Part shown: positions 59,508 through 64,000 of the stretch, piece by piece
Numbering within the stretch: the stretch's first letter is position 1
How the letters are laid out: each line of letters starts with the position of its first letter
Assembly (NCBI GenBank): GCA_000092065.1
Contig: CP000582.1
DNA from: Ostreococcus lucimarinus
Lineage: Eukaryota
DNA length: 64,000 bases
Reading direction: 5' to 3' (one strand)
Notes under the pieces: generated by a model
What the model was told of the DNA's origin: nothing
What the model saw: the letters and a program-made list of their open reading frames with translations, nothing else
Database searches by the model: none
Made by a program: the position numbers and the translations under genes

Positions 59508-62500
59508 CTATGCGACGTCGCTCGTGTCGGATGGCGCGACGTCGACTTGGACGTCGACGCCTTCGTCGGGCGCTTCGATGACGGGCGCTTCGATGACGGG
59601 CGCTTGGACGTCGACGTCGACGACGTCGACGGCTTCGACGAGGCTCGTATCGATTTCTTGACGGTTGCCGCCGCCGAAAAGACCACCAAAGAAGCCTGGT
59701 TTCTTCGTACGCTTTTTCGCTTGCTTTTGTGCGCGCTTTTCGAGTGTTTTTGACTTCTTTTCTGCCAAAATCTTGAGATTGTCGTGCGCGGCTTGCGCGC
59801 ACTCCTGACAGCGAACGCTGAAGCCACTTTCGGCGATGCTCTGAGACGCGCGGACGCACCAGTCAACGAAATCGGTCACTTCGCTCTGTAAATGTTGTTC
59901 AAGTGACGTGTCTTCTTCGTCCGATCGAATAGACTTGATTATACGCTCCGTCATCGTCTCGAGAACCTGCATGAACTTGACGTCGCCAAAGTTTTTAAAT
60001 AGGGGCTTCCATTCCACGGCGCGCAGCACCACGCAGTTTTGTAAGTAGGTGTCATGATTTTTCAGAGCATCGATGGTTTCGTCGAGCAAAAGCCTGTTCG
60101 CTTCGACATTATCACCAACGAGAGACTCGCTTTCTGGATGTCTGAAGAGCTCGATGCATGCGTCCCGCCAAGTTTCGTGCTTGACGATGATGTCGTCGAA
60201 GGCGTTCAAGACGACGAGCACCCTGCCGACGTCGTCAACAGAAACTACCTGCGCGAGTTGAATAGTGAAGGTATCGGCCTGGGTGCAGAGAATTGATGCG
60301 TTCAGTTCATCCGTGCCGAAGTGTTCGGGAAGCGTTCTTTGCTCATCTTCGAGAGCCACTGCCTCTTGACCTAAAGAGATGAGTTCCGTTACTCGCTCAC
60401 CGCGAGCGTACTCCAACATATCGTCATCCAACTGCTTAGCAGCGCGATCGAATGCATGAATTCGCAGCAGTAAGTGTAAAGCGCCGGCGGTTGACTCGTT
60501 TGCATTCGTCCGGCGTACAAACTCTACCTCGGCGGCTTCAATCAAAGTCGTCAGTAAGTTGGCGGCGCTTTCAATTTGTTGTTCAACGTCGCGGTCCGCC
60601 GGCACAGGTTGAATGGTACACACGTTGACGATGTGCGCCACCTCATTCGCGATTTCCAGAAGTGCACGAATTTGTGCGGGATCTTCGTCACCCTTGTCCT
60701 TCATGTGTTGAACTCTCCGTAGCATGGCCTCACGTGTAGCCTCGAGCCGCGCGCGAACTTTGCGTTTGGATACGGCGACTTGAGCTCTCAACGCGTAGAT
60801 GCTAACGATCTTTCCAGCCTTCGCGAGATCGATAAATTCTCGATGGACAGAATTTGCGCTCTCCTCAGGTTCTTTCTCAAAATTCAGCTTTTTCGTGACC
60901 TTCTTGCTCACTGAAAGCCTTTCTGATACAATCATACCAACGCGCACCATCAACAGAGCGCATATGATGCCCATCAGAAATGCTGTGGACAGGCCCGTCA
61001 ACGAGCTGTCTGTCGCGAATATCATACCGAGGAGGGGAATGAGACCTTGCAAAAAACCAGCGGTCGACTCAGTCTTATTGAGCGCATTGTGGATTTTCTT
61101 TTGAGCAAAACCGAGGGTGATAATACGCCATGGCTGGCAAATCAAAACGAACAAAGCGGATATCCAGTGCACCGCCACGAGGCCGTAAATACTGATGCCC
61201 TCGGCGATGTTTGGAGAACCCGCGAGAATCACTCCAAGCTTTTGAATCATTTCAATTGCGAGGTAATTCAATGCCAGACGATCGAGCCAAGCCATTTTCG
61301 AGGCGCGCTCTCGAGCTTTCTGGGTCAACGTTCTTTTCAATGGTTTCTTTTTCATCGAAAGTTCCGGAAGGCGTTCGCGACGACTCTTCTGATTCTTTAG
61401 ACTCTTCGCTTTCTCGAGGATTCGACCGAAGAAGGATGGTTTTTCCGTCGCTTGACCGCTTTGTTCCTCGAATAACTCATCGTCGACTATGGCGGCGAGC
61501 TCTTCGGTTTCCGAGTCGAGCTTGAAAGTCGACGTTCGTTCAAATGTGGGCTTACGAAGACTGACACTTTGGGACAAAGATTTATCAATTTCGACTCTCG
61601 CCAAAGTTGAAGTTCGTTGAAGCGTCGGTTTTCGCTCAGCCCCGCTTGGGGTAGGCGAGTGTGAATCGCCGTCTTGCGCAAGAGTCGTAGACCGCGATAG
61701 CACTGGTGTGCGTATAGTCGCTTGTCGCGAGACGTTCCTCACAATCTCCGAGATTTCCAACTTATCAGATTCCGTCAACTCAGTGCGTCTGTAGATATCG
61801 TATAGGGCACCCCAGCTATCGAGGGTTCGCGCATCGTCCAATTTACCATCGATTCGAATACGACGAACTTTGTTGATAACGAAAAGTGGTAGCCCCACAC
61901 CGATGGCGAGTATGATCCCGCATGCCGCAGATGTCGCGAGAATATGCTCTGGTGAATCGCAATCGACGTCAACGTCGTAGACCAACACTCTGGCTTCGCT
62001 CGAGCCGTACTTTATGCAATCAAACGCCTGGAGACACAGGCGGACAATCGGTAAATACAGAATTGTCAAACAGAGCGAGCCAAATACTCGAAGCGTCGCC
62101 CTTAGCTTGTATTGCCGCTGCAATTCTTTCACCACTCGATCACCGCTCTCAGACGCGTATGTTCGACGCTCCTTCGAGCTAAAGATGCCAGGCCGAGCGA
62201 TCCAGAACATCGTCTTTTCTCCGTCGTGAGCGCTGCGAATTGCCAAAACAGTGTGTTCGTAACAGTATGCAGCGTAGCGATCGCGAAGATAAAACACCAC
62301 AGCTAAGCCGCATGGAATTATGAGCGCACCCGACCAAAAGAGAGTGGGCCATTTGATGTTCGCACCTGCGCACTCCGGAGCCAAAAACTCGATGTTGAAG
62401 TTGAAAGCCTTCAGCCAATCCGCAAAGTTCAGAACCGGGAGAGGCCATTTAATTTCCACACTAAAGGAGATGGAAAAGAATTGCAAAGTCTCAACCACTT

Positions 62501-64000
62501 TTTTGATCATGTTGGTAGAAACGGCACCCAAAGCTTCCGCAGCTTTGAAGCCCACGAGGCCTGCGACAACGACGAAGAAGGCGGCGACGCCGGCGCTCGC
62601 CGCCGAGTTTTCTGGGCATTCTAAACATTGCGTGCCGCTCTTGTAATAGCCTTCGAGACAAGCTCGGCAAAGCAGACCCGTTGATCCTTCACGGCAGCCA
62701 GCATTTCCTTCAACGCAGCGTATGGGAAAAGGACATTCTCCCTGTGGCACACAAAAATCATCGATAGAAGCGTATACACCCTCGTTGTTTGTGCAGTCTT
62801 GGATGTAAGCGTTCGGAGGACCGTCGGTGTTGGGCAGTTCGTCGAATCGCTTGAACATCAAGGGCCAATGCTCAACATCGGCGAACATTCCAGTGGAATT
62901 CTCATAAGAAACTGTAGAATTCCAAACGGTGATGTCGCTCTTGAAGGGTGTCACTTGCGCAAACATGTTGCGCATGTCTGTCACCTGCCTGACGTTCCAG
63001 CTGTTGATGGATAAATCCATTAGAGACGCTCCTTGAAACATTGAATTCATATCAACCACGGAAGACGTGTCCCAAGCCAGCGAAGAGACATTGTTATTGT
63101 TAAAATTCGTTGCGAGATTAAACATTCGCGCCATGCTCGTAACTGAACCTGTATTCCAATTACCGACGCCACCGTTGAATAAGGATGCTCCGAGAAACAT
63201 TTCTTCCATATCCTTGACGGCTAGAGTGTTCCAAGCACCCCAAAAGCGATCACCACTATCGATAATCGGGTTCAAAGCGGATGCAGAGGCGAACATTCTT
63301 TTCATTGACGTCACGGCTGCTGTGTTCCATCTGCCGACACCACTGTTCGCAGTGCCGGCGCCGTTGAACGCGACTGCGCCCTCAAACATGGACGCCATCG
63401 AGATCACTGAAGAAGTATCCCAATTATTGATGTCCTGGTCGAATGTAGTGGCACGGTATAGCATGTACTGCATATCGACGACATTACTTGTGTCCCACGA
63501 GTAGAGTGGTTGATTGAAAGCCGCATTATCAGCCATCATGTAGGACATGTTCACCACCGAGGACGTGTCCCAAGCACCGATGGCGCTGTTGAACAGAGCC
63601 GCCCCCTGTAACATGTTTGCCATGGTCGTGACAGAGCTTGTGTTCCAAACACCGATATCGCCGGCAAACGCGGTAGCGTTTGCGAAAACCTCCGACATAT
63701 CCTGCACCGTATTCGTGTTCCAACTCGTCAGATCACTGGTAAACGTCGTCGCACCTCGAAACATGCCTCGCATCCTCTGCAAATTCGTCGTACTCCACGA
63801 TGCAAGGACGGAGTTGAACGTTGACGCAAACGCAAACATATCAGTCATATCAACGACATTAGATGTGTCCCAGTCATCGATCGAACTTGTGAATGCAGTG
63901 GCGTTGTAGAACATCTCCTTCATCGACGTTGCAGCGCCCGTATTCCACGAACCAATCGGTTGGCTGAAGCTCGATGCCTGCGAAAACATTGCCTCAAAGC
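59508..64000 (-). CDS. Giant multi-pass membrane protein with extracellular DUF285 / BspA-like (Mycoplasma-type) leucine-rich repeats, a Cys-rich module and a long cytoplasmic tail. It is 5'-partial: the N-terminus lies beyond the window end.
   Basis: More than 20 tandem repeats of about 26 aa of the form W(N/D)TS.V..M..MF..A..FN..I..W (DUF285). A Cys-rich region (CPFPIRCVEGNAGCREG...CRACLEGYYKSGTQCLECP) follows, then about 8 TM segments. Stop at 59508-59510. The ORF is open to position 64000. Confidence 0.7.
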   Translation of the reverse strand, partial: FEAMFSQASSFSQPIGSWNTGAATSMKEMFYNATAFTSSIDDWDTSNVVDMTDMFAFASTFNSVLASWSTTNLQRMRGMFRGATTFTSDLTSWNTNTVQDMSEVFANATAFAGDIGVWNTSSVTTMANMLQGAALFNSAIGAWDTSSVVNMSYMMADNAAFNQPLYSWDTSNVVDMQYMLYRATTFDQDINNWDTSSVISMASMFEGAVAFNGAGTANSGVGRWNTAAVTSMKRMFASASALNPIIDSGDRFWGAWNTLAVKDMEEMFLGASLFNGGVGNWNTGSVTSMARMFNLATNFNNNNVSSLAWDTSSVVDMNSMFQGASLMDLSINSWNVRQVTDMRNMFAQVTPFKSDITVWNSTVSYENSTGMFADVEHWPLMFKRFDELPNTDGPPNAYIQDCTNNEGVYASIDDFCVPQGECPFPIRCVEGNAGCREGSTGLLCRACLEGYYKSGTQCLECPENSAASAGVAAFFVVVAGLVGFKAAEALGAVSTNMIKKVVETLQFFSISFSVEIKWPLPVLNFADWLKAFNFNIEFLAPECAGANIKWPTLFWSGALIIPCGLAVVFYLRDRYAAYCYEHTVLAIRSAHDGEKTMFWIARPGIFSSKERRTYASESGDRVVKELQRQYKLRATLRVFGSLCLTILYLPIVRLCLQAFDCIKYGSSEARVLVYDVDVDCDSPEHILATSAACGIILAIGVGLPLFVINKVRRIRIDGKLDDARTLDSWGALYDIYRRTELTESDKLEISEIVRNVSRQATIRTPVLSRSTTLAQDGDSHSPTPSGAERKPTLQRTSTLARVEIDKSLSQSVSLRKPTFERTSTFKLDSETEELAAIVDDELFEEQSGQATEKPSFFGRILEKAKSLKNQKSRRERLPELSMKKKPLKRTLTQKARERASKMAWLDRLALNYLAIEMIQKLGVILAGSPNIAEGISIYGLVAVHWISALFVLICQPWRIITLGFAQKKIHNALNKTESTAGFLQGLIPLLGMIFATDSSLTGLSTAFLMGIICALLMVRVGMIVSERLSVSKKVTKKLNFEKEPEESANSVHREFIDLAKAGKIVSIYALRAQVAVSKRKVRARLEATREAMLRRVQHMKDKGDEDPAQIRALLEIANEVAHIVNVCTIQPVPADRDVEQQIESAANLLTTLIEAAEVEFVRRTNANESTAGALHLLLRIHAFDRAAKQLDDDMLEYARGERVTELISLGQEAVALEDEQRTLPEHFGTDELNASILCTQADTFTIQLAQVVSVDDVGRVLVVLNAFDDIIVKHETWRDACIELFRHPESESLVGDNVEANRLLLDETIDALKNHDTYLQNCVVLRAVEWKPLFKNFGDVKFMQVLETMTERIIKSIRSDEEDTSLEQHLQSEVTDFVDWCVRASQSIAESGFSVRCQECAQAAHDNLKILAEKKSKTLEKRAQKQAKKRTKKPGFFGGLFGGGNRQEIDTSLVEAVDVVDVDVQAPVIEAPVIEAPDEGVDVQVDVAPSDTSDVA

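Noticed and set aside
1-64000. Prokaryotic features: defence islands, CRISPR, operons, Shine-Dalgarno sites.
   Set aside because: The window has eukaryotic genes (spliceosomal introns, Pol III subunit, condensin, IRE1, CK1) and transit peptides. No direct-repeat/spacer arrays were seen.

Overview
This window is high-GC (~65%), very gene-dense eukaryotic nuclear DNA, about 35 genes in 64 kb on both strands. Several genes encode plastid-type proteins with N-terminal transit peptides: MinD, PsaE, chorismate synthase and two class-C flavodiiron proteins. That points to a prasinophyte green alga, most consistent with Mamiellophyceae (Micromonas-like), not a prokaryote. No CRISPR arrays, transposons or rRNA/tRNA genes were recognised. 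Most genes are single-exon. The ORF track allows TTG, GTG and CTG starts, so several listed start residues are not ATG and were corrected here.

A small set of genes carries short introns (66-195 nt) with a stereotyped signature. The donor is G|GTGCG(C/T), often GTGCGCGCGG. The branch site is (G)ACTGACGA, with one TTGAC variant, 20-42 nt upstream of a CAG acceptor. Using that signature I recovered genes or exons that the six-frame track splits or misses:
- a 4-exon nuclear psaE gene;
- a 3-exon EMAP-II/Arc1p-type tRNA-binding protein;
- a 2-exon FAM32A homolog;
- a 2-exon KE-rich small protein;
- a 2-exon small acidic protein with an N-terminal UBA/CUE-like motif;
- a 2-exon Cx9C small protein;
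- 5' exons of condensin CAP-D2 and of the MUT9-like CK1 kinase. In both of these the ORF-track ATG lies inside the intron's branch-site/acceptor region.

Other notable content:
- an IRE1 kinase/RNase with a C-terminal CCCH zinc finger;
- a P2X-receptor-like channel with a C-terminal FHA-like domain;
- an FLVB-like and an FLVA-like flavodiiron gene 6 kb apart on the same strand;
- the RNA polymerase III largest subunit;
- an ERCC6/CSB-type SNF2 helicase, plus a separate degenerate SNF2 N-lobe-only protein;
- a standalone myosin-TH1-like protein;
- a partial giant membrane protein with DUF285/BspA-like repeats.

Coordinates of spliced exons are derived by hand and may be off by 1-2 nt.
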